NCBI GenBank assembly: GCA_002352485.1
Contig: DEIM01000078.1
Location: 1 to 38,084, forward strand
Direction: 5' to 3'
From: Candidatus Dadabacteria bacterium UBA2774
GTDB lineage: Bacteria > Desulfobacterota_D > UBA1144 > Nemesobacterales > UBA2774
DNA length: 38,084 nt
The notes under the pieces were generated by a model. It was not told the origin of the DNA. It worked only from the letters and a program-made list of their open reading frames with translations, and searched no databases. Below, piece by piece: positions 1 through 9,124 of this stretch; position 1 is the first letter of the stretch, and every line of letters starts with the position of its first letter. A program made the position numbers and the translations under genes.

Positions 1-142
1 CCGGATACAGGCAAAGCTATTAATTGAATATATGGGATTATATCTGGTAAATCAGAAAATTTATAAGTAATATTATATCAACCAGGTGATTCCGGTATAC
101 TAGGTCAAGCTATTTAAATCAACAAACTAGGGATTATACTAG
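1..142. repeat. Imperfect ~50-bp direct repeat, two copies (1-47 and 92-142), upstream of the first response-regulator gene
   Basis: Blocks CCGG(T)ATAC (1-8 / 92-100), AAGCTATT (14-21 / 107-114) and GGGATTATA (34-42 / 130-138) occur in the same order in both copies, with a 3-nt indel between blocks. Copy 1 abuts the window edge. Confidence 0.5.
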
Positions 143-213
143 AATATAGAAGCTCATATGAGTATAGTGCTTATATCAAAGCGCCCAGGCCATAGAAGGA
201 GACTGACAACATT

Positions 214-741
214 ATGAAACAGGTTTTAACATTAGAGGAAGCTGCACAGTATCTTAAGATCGCTAAACCGACTCTTTACCGTTTGCTCGAAGACGGCAAG
301 ATCCCCGCGTTTAAAGTTGGAAACCAGTGGAGATTTACGAGGGAGCTTATAGATAAATGGCTTTGGGACCAGCTGCCGAAGAAAAAGAATATACTTGTCG
401 TAGACGACGACAACGTAATATGCATGGATCTGAAGAAAATAATTACCTCAGACGGCCATGATGTCGTAACCACAAAAAGCGGTGAAGAAGCAAGCAACTT
501 GATTGATGATTCAAATTTCCACCTTGTATTTTTAGATTTGATGCTGCCTGATATGGACGGCTTAGAGGTGCTTAAAAGAATAAAGGAATATAAGACCAAT
601 TTGCCTGTCGTTATTATAACCGGGTATCCGGATAGTGAACTAATGAACCAAGCCCTTGAGCTCGGACCGATATCTGTTCTTAAAAAACCGTTTAGCCGAA
701 AACAGATTCAGAGTTTACTTAAGGTTCTAAGCACTCCGTAA
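214..741 (+). CDS. Response regulator with N-terminal excisionase/MerR-type HTH (HTH_17-like) fused to a C-terminal receiver domain
   Basis: 175-aa ORF, ATG 214 with AAGGAG at 196-201. N-terminal LTLEEAAQYLKIAKPTLYRLLEDGKIPAFKVGNQWRF is a classic excisionase-family HTH. The C-terminal half has receiver signature residues VVDDD, FLDLMLPDMDG (phospho-Asp), VVIITGY and KKPF. Confidence 0.85.
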   Translation: MKQVLTLEEAAQYLKIAKPTLYRLLEDGKIPAFKVGNQWRFTRELIDKWLWDQLPKKKNILVVDDDNVICMDLKKIITSDGHDVVTTKSGEEASNLIDDSNFHLVFLDLMLPDMDGLEVLKRIKEYKTNLPVVIITGYPDSELMNQALELGPISVLKKPFSRKQIQSLLKVLSTP

Positions 742-825
742 ACGGATATAGCCGACATATAGTACAGATACTATTGTGATATAGTAGGGTGTTCCGTTAT
801 GAAATAACTATAGAAGACAATTTAC

Positions 826-1200
826 GTGGCAACTATAATAATCGCTGAAGACGAAAAGATTGTAGCCAAAGACTTAGAGAATAAATTAAAAAAATCCGGC
901 TATGAGATTCTGGGTGTAGTATCTACAGGGTTAGAGCTTTTGAATAAAGTGTCGGAGTCAGCACCCGACCTTGTGCTTATGGATATTAAGCTCGATGGGG
1001 AAATGGACGGGATTGAGACTGCAATGAAGCTTAGGGATGGATATGGAGTGCCTGTCGTTTACCTTACAGCATATGCCGACAAGCTGACACTTACGCGTAT
1101 TAATGAGACCAAGCCAGGCGGTTATGTGCTTAAGCCCTTCAAACTAACTGAGCTAAGAGAGAGTATAGAAGTTGCTCTTGGGAATAGCTCGACACAATAA
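826..1200 (+). CDS. Single-domain CheY-like response regulator
   Basis: 124-aa ORF with GTG start at 826 (no strong SD seen). Receiver signature IIIAEDE, LVLMDIKLDGEMDG, VVYLTAY, LKPF. No output domain. Confidence 0.8.
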   Translation: MATIIIAEDEKIVAKDLENKLKKSGYEILGVVSTGLELLNKVSESAPDLVLMDIKLDGEMDGIETAMKLRDGYGVPVVYLTAYADKLTLTRINETKPGGYVLKPFKLTELRESIEVALGNSSTQ

Positions 1201-1290
1201 TAGAATAACACTTATAAATCGTATAATCTTTTATAATAAAAACCATCCTTATTTTGATTTTGCAAAAAACAACTTGGGAGGTACACAGCC

Positions 1291-2766
1291 CTGGGAAACA
1301 ATATAAGAAAATACGGCCTATTTATAGACGGTAAAGAACAAGATTCTTTATCAGGTAAAACTTACATAAGAGAAAACCCCGCAACGGAGGAGCCGTTTGC
1401 CGAAGTTTCCGAAGCAGGAGTAAAAGATGTAGATGTAGCTGTAGGGGCTGCGCAGCGCGCATTCGAAAAATGGTCGAGAACTCAGGCGTCTGAGAGAATC
1501 GGGTATTTACGATTAATCGCAGAAGTGCTGAATAAAAATAGAGAAAGTATAGCGCTAACTAACACTCTTGAGACTGGAAAACCGATACGTGAGAGCAGGC
1601 TCGTGGAAGTGGGAGGAGCCATAAAAACTTTAGAGTACTACGCTAGCATAGCCGGAAATTTAAGCGGCGAGAGTATGTCGATTTCCGAAAATCAACTGAC
1701 CGTAACGCTTTTAGAACCGATCGGCGTGGTGGGACATATAATCCCCTGGAATTTTCCCCTTCTTTTATCTTTTTGGAAGATAGCTCCAGCATTGGCCGCG
1801 GGATGTACCATTGTGCTAAAGCCCGCAGAGCATACACCGTGCGCTATATTGGAAGTGGCGAAACTTGCCTCCGAAGCAGGGCTGCCAGACGGCGTGCTCA
1901 ATATCATTCCGGGGCTTGGGGAAGTGTCAGGACAGGCGCTGGTGGAGCATCCCGGCGTGAGTAAAGTTGCTTTTACAGGTTCGACCGAAGTTGGAAAAAT
2001 AGTAATGAAAACAGCCGCTCAGGAGATAAAGAAAGTGTCGCTTGAGCTAGGCGGCAAGGCACCCTGCGTTGTTTTCGATGACGCGAATATTGAAAACGCA
2101 ATAGAAGCTACGCTCAGAGGCGGATTTTTCAATCAGGGAGAGAACTGTACGGCAGTAACGCGACTCTTGCTGCATGAGGATATATACGACAAATTCCTCC
2201 CCCCGTTTATAGACAGGGTGCAGAAGATCAGGATCGGAGACCCTACGCTTGACGACACGGAGCTTGGAGCGGTTATATCAAAAGAACACTTCGAAAACGT
2301 TTCATCATACTTTGACAAAGGCGTGAAAGAGGGAGCGGAGGTCCTTCACGGTGGTGGACGCCCCAAGGAGCTTAAGAAGGGCTATTTCTTTGAGCCCACA
2401 GTACTGGCGGATGTGACCCCTAAAGCGACCGTGGCATGCGAGGAAATATTCGGGCCGATTGTAGCTGTGATTCCGTTTAAAACAGACGAGGAAGCCATAA
2501 GCATCGCTAACGATACGGTATATGGACTTGCCGGGGGGATTTGGACTGAGAATTTAAAAAGAGCCATCAGAACGGCAAAGGCAATAAAAGCAGGATATCT
2601 CTGGGTCAACACTTACGGAGGTATAATCCCCGAGACCCCGTACGGCGGCTTTAAACAGAGCGGTATTGGAAAAGAGCTCGGCTCTGACGGGCTTGACATG
2701 TATCTTGAGAAGAAGACTGTGAATATTTTTATAGGGGATAAAATTCCAAGCTGGTATGCGGGGTAA
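1291..2766 (+). CDS. NAD(P)+-dependent aldehyde dehydrogenase family protein; start probably a non-canonical CTG at 1291
   Basis: The ORF track starts at GTG 1525 (413 aa), but the same frame is open from 1258. That upstream stretch encodes a conserved ALDH N-terminus (KYGLFIDGKEQ...ENPATEEPFAEVSEAGVKDVDVAVGAAQRAFEKW). GGGAGG at 1276-1281 lies 9 nt before CTG 1291, giving 491 aa, a typical ALDH length. Catalytic motifs LELGGKAP and FFNQGENCTA are present. Confidence 0.8.
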   Translation: MGNNIRKYGLFIDGKEQDSLSGKTYIRENPATEEPFAEVSEAGVKDVDVAVGAAQRAFEKWSRTQASERIGYLRLIAEVLNKNRESIALTNTLETGKPIRESRLVEVGGAIKTLEYYASIAGNLSGESMSISENQLTVTLLEPIGVVGHIIPWNFPLLLSFWKIAPALAAGCTIVLKPAEHTPCAILEVAKLASEAGLPDGVLNIIPGLGEVSGQALVEHPGVSKVAFTGSTEVGKIVMKTAAQEIKKVSLELGGKAPCVVFDDANIENAIEATLRGGFFNQGENCTAVTRLLLHEDIYDKFLPPFIDRVQKIRIGDPTLDDTELGAVISKEHFENVSSYFDKGVKEGAEVLHGGGRPKELKKGYFFEPTVLADVTPKATVACEEIFGPIVAVIPFKTDEEAISIANDTVYGLAGGIWTENLKRAIRTAKAIKAGYLWVNTYGGIIPETPYGGFKQSGIGKELGSDGLDMYLEKKTVNIFIGDKIPSWYAG

Positions 2767-2768
2767 TG

Positions 2769-4253
2769 TTAAGGTAAATCCGTAGAGCCCATTAAGTAAC
2801 GGTCGCACTCCCTTGCGGCTTCCCTTCCCTCGTTAATTGCCCAAACAACAAGGCTCTGACCGCGGCGGGCGTCGCCTGCTGCGAATACGCCTTCTATGTT
2901 AGTTACATATTTCCCGTACTCAGCCTTGGCGTTCGAGCGCTCATCAAGCTCAACACCCATCTGTTCGAGTAAGGTCGCCTCCGGGCCTAGAAATCCCATT
3001 GCAAGAAGCACTAACTGTGTATCCCAGACCTTTTCTGTTCCCGGTATTTCTCTGAATGAAGGCCGTCCGTTATCTCCGGTGCTCCATTCAATTTCAATTG
3101 TATGGAGCTCTTTTACGTTACCGTCGCCGTCGCTCTCAAACTTTGTAGTCAGGACCTGATAGCACCTGGGGTCTTCGCCGAAGATAGACATTGCCTCTTC
3201 CTGACCGTAACTAAGAGTGTATATCTTGGGCCACTGAGGCCAGGGATTATCGGGGGCGCGCTCCTCTGGGGGCATGGGAAGTATCTCGAATTGAAGGAGA
3301 CTTCTGCATCCGTGACGAATGGAAGTAGCAACGCAGTCAGTACCAGTGTCACCTCCGCCGAGCACTATGACGTCTTTATTTTTTGCCGATATATAGTTTC
3401 CGTCCTGAAGATTACTGTTTAGTAAACTCTTGGTGTTTAATGTGAGGAATTCCATGGCGAAGTGAATACCGTTAAGATCCCTTCCCTCTATGGGCAGGTC
3501 GCGGGGTCTGGTGGAGCCTGTGCAGATAACAACGGCATCAAAGTTAGCTTTTAAATCTTCTGAAGCATAGTCCTCGCCGATTGCGGTATTTGTAACAAAC
3601 TTGACCCCTTCCTCGGCCAATAGATTTACTCTTCGGTCAACTACAGCTTTGTCTAGATGGGGGTTCGGTATGCCGTACATAAGAAGTCCGCCGATTCTGT
3701 CCTCCCTCTCAAACACGGTTACGCTGTGACCGGCCTTATTGAGCTGTGCAGCGCAGGAAAGCCCCGCAGGACCAGACCCTACGACAGCAACGCTCTTACC
3801 TGTTCTCGACACGGGAGCCTCGGGCACAATCCAGCCTTCTTCAAACCCCTTGTCTACTATTGCACACTCTATGGTTTTAATAGTAACTGCGGGCTCGTTA
3901 AGTCCGAGCACACAAGAGCCCTCACACGGGGCGGGACATACCCTTCCTGTAAATTCCGGGAAGTTATTGGTCTTATGGAGTCTCTCTAGAGCCTCTTTCC
4001 ACAGGCCCTTGTAAATCAGATCGTTCCATTCGGGAATGAGGTTATTTACGGGGCAACCAGCAGTCAGGCCATCGAGCATGGTGCCGCTCTGGCAAAAAGG
4101 TATACCGCAGTCCATACACCTTGAGCCCTGCACCTTGAGCTTATTCTCGGGAAGATGCTTGTGGAACTCTCCCCAGTCCTTTACGCGCTCTTGTGGAGAG
4201 CGGTCGGGCTCGAGCTCTCTATCATGTTCCATAAATCCTGTGGGGTCACCCAT
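2769..4253 (-). CDS. gltD: Glutamate synthase (NADPH) small subunit
   Basis: 494 aa. N-terminal Cys clusters [10 protein letters not shown] and CPAPCEGSC (Fe-S). Dinucleotide folds [14 protein letters not shown] and [13 protein letters not shown]. Lies 74 bp downstream of gltB in the same orientation. Confidence 0.9.
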   Translation of the reverse strand: MGDPTGFMEHDRELEPDRSPQERVKDWGEFHKHLPENKLKVQGSRCMDCGIPFCQSGTMLDGLTAGCPVNNLIPEWNDLIYKGLWKEALERLHKTNNFPEFTGRVCPAPCEGSCVLGLNEPAVTIKTIECAIVDKGFEEGWIVPEAPVSRTGKSVAVVGSGPAGLSCAAQLNKAGHSVTVFEREDRIGGLLMYGIPNPHLDKAVVDRRVNLLAEEGVKFVTNTAIGEDYASEDLKANFDAVVICTGSTRPRDLPIEGRDLNGIHFAMEFLTLNTKSLLNSNLQDGNYISAKNKDVIVLGGGDTGTDCVATSIRHGCRSLLQFEILPMPPEERAPDNPWPQWPKIYTLSYGQEEAMSIFGEDPRCYQVLTTKFESDGDGNVKELHTIEIEWSTGDNGRPSFREIPGTEKVWDTQLVLLAMGFLGPEATLLEQMGVELDERSNAKAEYGKYVTNIEGVFAAGDARRGQSLVVWAINEGREAARECDRYLMGSTDLP

Positions 4254-4327
4254 TAATATTCCTCCAGATGCCGATCAAGCCTAAATTGTTCATTGAACCA
4301 GACTACAAGGCAGGTCGAGTCAGCTTA

Positions 4328-7300
4328 TCAGTTTCCGCTGACCCGCGCAAGGTCACTTTTATTTTTCTCAAATGCCGCCATAAGCGCTTCATCGCCGCTA
4401 AGCCCCGATTCTTGTACGCGCTCTATTGCTTCAAGCATTCTCTTGTAATCCTTAGGCATAACTTTCACAAATTTATCCTGTAAGCTAGTAAGATGAGAGA
4501 GTATATCCTTTCCTCTTTCGCTATTTGTATATTCGACATGTCGTTTTATCATATCTCTAAGCTCTTCCATATCACTGTCCTGAACCGGGTCTAGATCGAC
4601 CATGCTCTGATTGCATAGAATGGGAAAATCACCATTTTCGTTGAGCACGTATGCTATACCGCCTGACATTCCCGCAGCGAAATTTCTGCCGACAGGGCCG
4701 AGCACTACAACCCGCCCGCCTGTCATATATTCGCAAGCATGATCACCTACGCCCTCTACGACAGCATGTACTCCGCTGTTTCTGACGCAGAATCGCTCCC
4801 CTGCCACGCCTCTTATATAGGCCTCTCCCCCTGTGGCGCCGTAAAAAGCAACGTTTCCGATAATGACATTTTCTTCAGGCACAAAGGTCGAGCCCTTGGG
4901 CGGATAGACGATTATCTTGCCTCCTGAAAGGCCTTTCCCTATGTAGTCGTTTGAATCGCCCTCCAGTATAAGGGTCATAAAACCCGGTATGAACGCGCCG
5001 AAGCTCTGACCGGCCGATCCGTTAAAGTGAAGACGAACTGTATCTTCGGGGAGACCCTCTCTGCCGTAACGCCTGGTAAGCTCGCTTCCAAGTATCGTAC
5101 CTGCGGTGCGGTTAACGTTTCTGATCGGGATAATCGCTTCTACAGGCTCGCCGTTTTCGAGAGTAGGCTTACATATATCTAATAATACTTTGTTATCGAG
5201 TGCTTCCTCAAGCCCGTGGTCCTGCTTGATCTGAGCGTATCTGCCCCAATCTGCCGGCACGTCGGGCTGATAAAGAATATCGCTTAAATCAATCCCCTCG
5301 GCCTTCCAGTGATCGATTGCCCCCCTCATTTCGAGTTTGTCCGAGCGGCCTATCATTTCGTCTATTGTCCTGAAGCCGAGCTCGGCCATGATCTCTCTAA
5401 CTTCCTGTGCGATAAACTCCATGAAATTAACTACGTGTCCCGGATCGCCCGAGAATTTTTTGCGAAGCTCTGGGTTTTGAGTGGCAACACCTACGGGGCA
5501 GGTGTCCAAGTGACAGACGCGCATCATAATGCAGCCGAGAACTATGAGTGGAGCTGTGGAAAAACCGTATTCCTCGGCTCCGAGAAGAGCTGCTATTACG
5601 ACGTCCCTTCCGGTTTTCATCTGTCCGTCGGTCTCTAAAACGACCCGGCTTCTGAGGTTATTTGTCAGAAGGGTCTGGTGGGTCTCGGCGAGACCGAGCT
5701 CCCATGGGAGTCCCGCATGCTGTATGCTGCTCTGAGGCGATGCCCCCGTGCCCCCGTCGTAGCCGCTTATGAGTATCACGTCGGCGTGCCCCTTTGCCAC
5801 TCCTGCTGCAATGGTGCCTACACCTACTTCTGAGACAAGCTTTACGTTAATCCTGGCTTTATGATTTGCGTTCTTTAAATCATGTATTAGTTCTGCAAGG
5901 TCCTCAATCGAATATATATCGTGGTGCGGAGGCGGGGAAATTAACCCTACTCCCGGAGTGGAAAGCCTGACCTTGGCAATCCAGGGATACACCTTTTTGC
6001 CCGGAAGCTGCCCCCCTTCACCGGGCTTTGCGCCCTGAGCGATTTTTATCTGTATCTCCTCAGAGTTAACGAGATAATCGTTCGTAACGCCGAAGCGTCC
6101 GGACGCCACCTGTTTGATGGAGCTTCGTCTTGAATCACCGTTTTCATCGGGTGTATTGCGCGCTGTGTCTTCTCCCCCTTCACCTGTATTGCTCATCCCT
6201 CCGATCCTGTTCATCGCAATAGCGAGACTCTCGTGGGCTTCTTTACTTATCGCGCCGTAAGACATAGCCCCGGTCTTAAAACGGGCGCAGATCGATTCCA
6301 CCGACTCAACTTCCTCAATCGGTACGGGTTTTGACTCGGACTTTATATCTAATAGGCCCCTTAGTGTACAGAGATTTTTTGATTCATCGTTTACAAGACT
6401 CGTAAATTTTTTGAACTCTTCGTAATCGCCGCTGCGACAGGCGCGCTGAAGCATGTGAACCGATTTGGGGTTATAAGCGTGATGCTCACCCCCCGGGCGC
6501 CACTGGTACATACCGCCCTCTTCGAGAGTGTCCGTAATGACCTCTCTCTTGGGATAAGCGGTCTCGTGCCTGAGCCTTATTTCCTCTGCAATGACTTCAA
6601 TACCGGCCCCTTTGATCCTTGTAGGGGTCCATGTGAAATATTTATCGATAAATTCGTGGTTTAGACCTATGGCTTCGAATATCTGGGCGCCGTGGTAGCT
6701 CTGCACAGCAGAGATACCGATTTTTGACATTGTTTTCACAACGCCCTTTGTAACGCTCTTATTGTAGTTCGTAAAGGCAGTTTCAAAATCTATGCCCGTG
6801 AGTAAGCCCTCACTTATCATATCCGAGAGAGACTCGTAAACGAGATAGGGGTTGACGGCGCTTATGCCGTAGCCAATTAGAAGAGAGAAGTGATGCGTTT
6901 CCCTGGGCTCTCCGGACTCTAAAACCAATCCTACTTTCATCCTGTTGCCGTTTCTTATGAGGTGATGATGCAGGCCTGCCGAGGCAAGCAGCGCCGGGAT
7001 CGGTGTTTTTTCCGGCCCGAAGCCTCTATCTGAGAGAATGAGTATATTTGCACCCTCTGAAATGGCTCTGTCGGCCTCTGAGAAAAGGTTTTCAAGGGCC
7101 TGTTCAAGCCCGCGGGTACCTTGATCGATGTTAAATAAAATACTTAGCGTAGTGGATTTGAAATTCCCGTCGTTAAGCTCCTTTAGCTTACAAAGCTCGG
7201 AGTTTCCGAGCACCGGGGTCGGAATTCTTATCTTACGACAGTTCTCGGGACCCGGGTTTAAAATATTGCGCTCGAGACCTAAAGTCATTTCGGTCGCAGT

Positions 7301-8932
7301 TATCAGCTCTTCACGTATAGCATCGATTGGAGGGTTTGTTACCTGTGCGAATAGCTGTTTAAAGTACTCGTACAGAAGCCTTGGCTTACTGGAAAGAATA
7401 GCTACAGGGGTGTCTTTACCCATTGAGCCCAGGGGCTCGACCGCGCTTCCGGCCATGGGACCTATAATTACCCTTAGATCTTCATATGTGTATCCAAATG
7501 CCCTCTGGCGCGTGAGAACCGTTTCATGATCATTTTCATCGTTAACAGACTCTTTATCCGAACCATCTATATCGCTGAGAGCGACCAAGTTATCGTTAAG
7601 CCAATCCCTGTATGGATTTTCCCCGGCGAGCTTATTTTTAAGCTCCTCGTCCTCGACTATTCGTCCTTCTACGGTGTCAATTAAGAACATTCTCCCTGGC
7701 TGGAGCCTTCCTTTCTTAAGCACCATGTCGGCCGGGACCTCTAGCACACCGACTTCTGAGCCCATTATAACCATATCGTCCTTAGTCACGTAGTAGCGTG
7801 AGGGGCGGAGTCCGTTTCTATCCAGAATCGCTCCTACCTTGGAGCCGTCAGTAAAGGCGATCGAGGCAGGGCCGTCCCAGGGCTCCATGAGACAGCTGTG
7901 ATATTCATAAAAAGCCCTTCTATCGTCGCTCATGGTCTCGTGGTTGGACCAAGGCTCGGGGATCATCATCATCACCGAGTGCTCTATGGGTCTTCCAGCG
8001 AGTGTGAGAAACTCAACACAGTTATCGAAGTTCCCGGAGTCGCTGCTCTCGGGTGCAATTATAGGAAATATCTTCTTGAGATCATCTCCGAAGAGATCTG
8101 TGGACAGCACGGCCTGGCGGGCGTGCATCCAGTTAATATTTCCTCTTAGCGTGTTTATCTCGCCGTTATGAATAATGTAGTGGCAGGGTTGAGCGCGGTC
8201 CCAACTTGGGAAAGTATTAGTGCTGAAGCGAGAATGTACCAGTGCAATGGCCGACTCAACATCGGTATCGTTTAGATCTGGGTAGTACTCATCCAGCTGC
8301 CAAGTGGTGAGCATACCTTTATATACAATTGTAAGGTGTGAGAGACTCGGGACATAAAAATACTCTCCGCCCTTCATCCCCGAGAACCTTATTTCATTTT
8401 CGGCCCTTTTTCTTATGACATATAGCTTACGCTCAAATGCCATATCATCAGTTAGCTCTGGGTTCCGAGCGATAAAAACCTGCTTTACGACAGGCTCAGA
8501 CTGCTTTGCCATATCCCCTAGAGAGGAGTTATCGGTAGGAACCTCTCGCCAGCCCAAAACAGTTTGTCCCTCTTCCCGGGCTATCCTCTCAAAAGCTTCT
8601 ACAGAAGCTCTTAGATCATCAGCATTCGGAGAGAGAAATACCATTCCCACTCCGTATTCACGAGGGGATGGAAGCTCAAATCCCTGTGCGTTGCATACCT
8701 TCATTAGAAACGCGTGGGGAATCTGCATTAATATACCTGCCCCGTCCCCAGTGTTTTCCTCGCAGCCGCAAGCTCCTCTGTGCTGAAGATTCATCAGCAC
8801 GGTTATAGCGTTTCGGACAATCTGGTGTGATTTTTTTCCCTTAATATTCACCACGAACCCTATACCGCAGGAATCGTGCTCGAATTGAGGGTCGTATAGA
8901 CCCTGTTTAGGTGGAAATCCAACTGGCTTCAT
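4328..8932 (-). CDS. gltB: Glutamate synthase large subunit
   Basis: About 1535 aa. Ntn-amidotransferase Cys in DSCGIGFVV, central/FMN domains, and a C-terminal beta-helix region ([23 protein letters not shown]). ATG 8932 ([25 protein letters not shown]) is preferred over the upstream ATG 8956. Confidence 0.95.
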   Translation of the reverse strand: MKPVGFPPKQGLYDPQFEHDSCGIGFVVNIKGKKSHQIVRNAITVLMNLQHRGACGCEENTGDGAGILMQIPHAFLMKVCNAQGFELPSPREYGVGMVFLSPNADDLRASVEAFERIAREEGQTVLGWREVPTDNSSLGDMAKQSEPVVKQVFIARNPELTDDMAFERKLYVIRKRAENEIRFSGMKGGEYFYVPSLSHLTIVYKGMLTTWQLDEYYPDLNDTDVESAIALVHSRFSTNTFPSWDRAQPCHYIIHNGEINTLRGNINWMHARQAVLSTDLFGDDLKKIFPIIAPESSDSGNFDNCVEFLTLAGRPIEHSVMMMIPEPWSNHETMSDDRRAFYEYHSCLMEPWDGPASIAFTDGSKVGAILDRNGLRPSRYYVTKDDMVIMGSEVGVLEVPADMVLKKGRLQPGRMFLIDTVEGRIVEDEELKNKLAGENPYRDWLNDNLVALSDIDGSDKESVNDENDHETVLTRQRAFGYTYEDLRVIIGPMAGSAVEPLGSMGKDTPVAILSSKPRLLYEYFKQLFAQVTNPPIDAIREELITATEMTLGLERNILNPGPENCRKIRIPTPVLGNSELCKLKELNDGNFKSTTLSILFNIDQGTRGLEQALENLFSEADRAISEGANILILSDRGFGPEKTPIPALLASAGLHHHLIRNGNRMKVGLVLESGEPRETHHFSLLIGYGISAVNPYLVYESLSDMISEGLLTGIDFETAFTNYNKSVTKGVVKTMSKIGISAVQSYHGAQIFEAIGLNHEFIDKYFTWTPTRIKGAGIEVIAEEIRLRHETAYPKREVITDTLEEGGMYQWRPGGEHHAYNPKSVHMLQRACRSGDYEEFKKFTSLVNDESKNLCTLRGLLDIKSESKPVPIEEVESVESICARFKTGAMSYGAISKEAHESLAIAMNRIGGMSNTGEGGEDTARNTPDENGDSRRSSIKQVASGRFGVTNDYLVNSEEIQIKIAQGAKPGEGGQLPGKKVYPWIAKVRLSTPGVGLISPPPHHDIYSIEDLAELIHDLKNANHKARINVKLVSEVGVGTIAAGVAKGHADVILISGYDGGTGASPQSSIQHAGLPWELGLAETHQTLLTNNLRSRVVLETDGQMKTGRDVVIAALLGAEEYGFSTAPLIVLGCIMMRVCHLDTCPVGVATQNPELRKKFSGDPGHVVNFMEFIAQEVREIMAELGFRTIDEMIGRSDKLEMRGAIDHWKAEGIDLSDILYQPDVPADWGRYAQIKQDHGLEEALDNKVLLDICKPTLENGEPVEAIIPIRNVNRTAGTILGSELTRRYGREGLPEDTVRLHFNGSAGQSFGAFIPGFMTLILEGDSNDYIGKGLSGGKIIVYPPKGSTFVPEENVIIGNVAFYGATGGEAYIRGVAGERFCVRNSGVHAVVEGVGDHACEYMTGGRVVVLGPVGRNFAAGMSGGIAYVLNENGDFPILCNQSMVDLDPVQDSDMEELRDMIKRHVEYTNSERGKDILSHLTSLQDKFVKVMPKDYKRMLEAIERVQESGLSGDEALMAAFEKNKSDLARVSGN

Positions 8933-9019
8933 ACAATACCATCCTAAAAAGTTCAAATTTAAATGTTTGTTGTTTAATAAAAGGATTGACTTACAGTTAC
9001 AGCCGATTAACCCAGCAAT

Positions 9020-9048
9020 AATTTAAGATGAAACAGGGCACAAGTCAA
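9020..9048 (-). promoter_or_regulatory. Candidate sigma70-type promoter for gltBD (TTGACT - 17 nt - TAAATT on the minus strand)
   Basis: Minus-strand TTGACT at 9043-9048 and TAAATT at 9020-9025, separated by 17 nt. Lies 64-88 nt upstream of the two candidate gltB starts. Confidence 0.3.
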
Positions 9049-9053
9049 CACGG

Positions 9054-9069
9054 AGCACATACTATGCCA
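9054..9069 (-). promoter_or_regulatory. Candidate sigma54-type (-24/-12) element upstream of gltBD
   Basis: The minus strand reads TGGCAT-AGTAT-GTGCT (consensus TGGCAC-N5-TTGCW), with the GG and GC dinucleotides 12 nt apart. Confidence 0.25.
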
Positions 9070-9124
9070 ACCCGGGGACTATTATACCATGGATAAGGAG
9101 AATACGCATACAGGCTTAAACTTT

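Noticed and set aside
214-400. The excisionase-type HTH as a sign of a prophage or integrative element.
   Set aside because: The HTH is fused in frame to a complete receiver domain, and no integrase, att-like repeats or phage genes are nearby. It is a regulator domain, not a mobile-element Xis.
1525-2766. Taking the ORF-track GTG 1525 as the true ALDH start, or calling the gene a 5'-truncated pseudogene.
   Set aside because: Seventy-eight in-frame upstream codons encode the conserved ALDH N-terminus, and a strong SD precedes CTG 1291. An intact full-length reading frame argues against both the short form and simple decay, although a sequencing error cannot be excluded.
8933-8956. N-terminal extensions given by the longest-ORF starts: gltB 8956, nadE 10933, the second PIG-V-like gene 14033, the PPIase 25959, secreted protein A 30873 and secreted protein B 32052.
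   Set aside because: Each extension adds non-homologous or odd residues before a recognisable mature start or signal peptide. Internal ATGs have better SDs or avoid overlap with the upstream gene.
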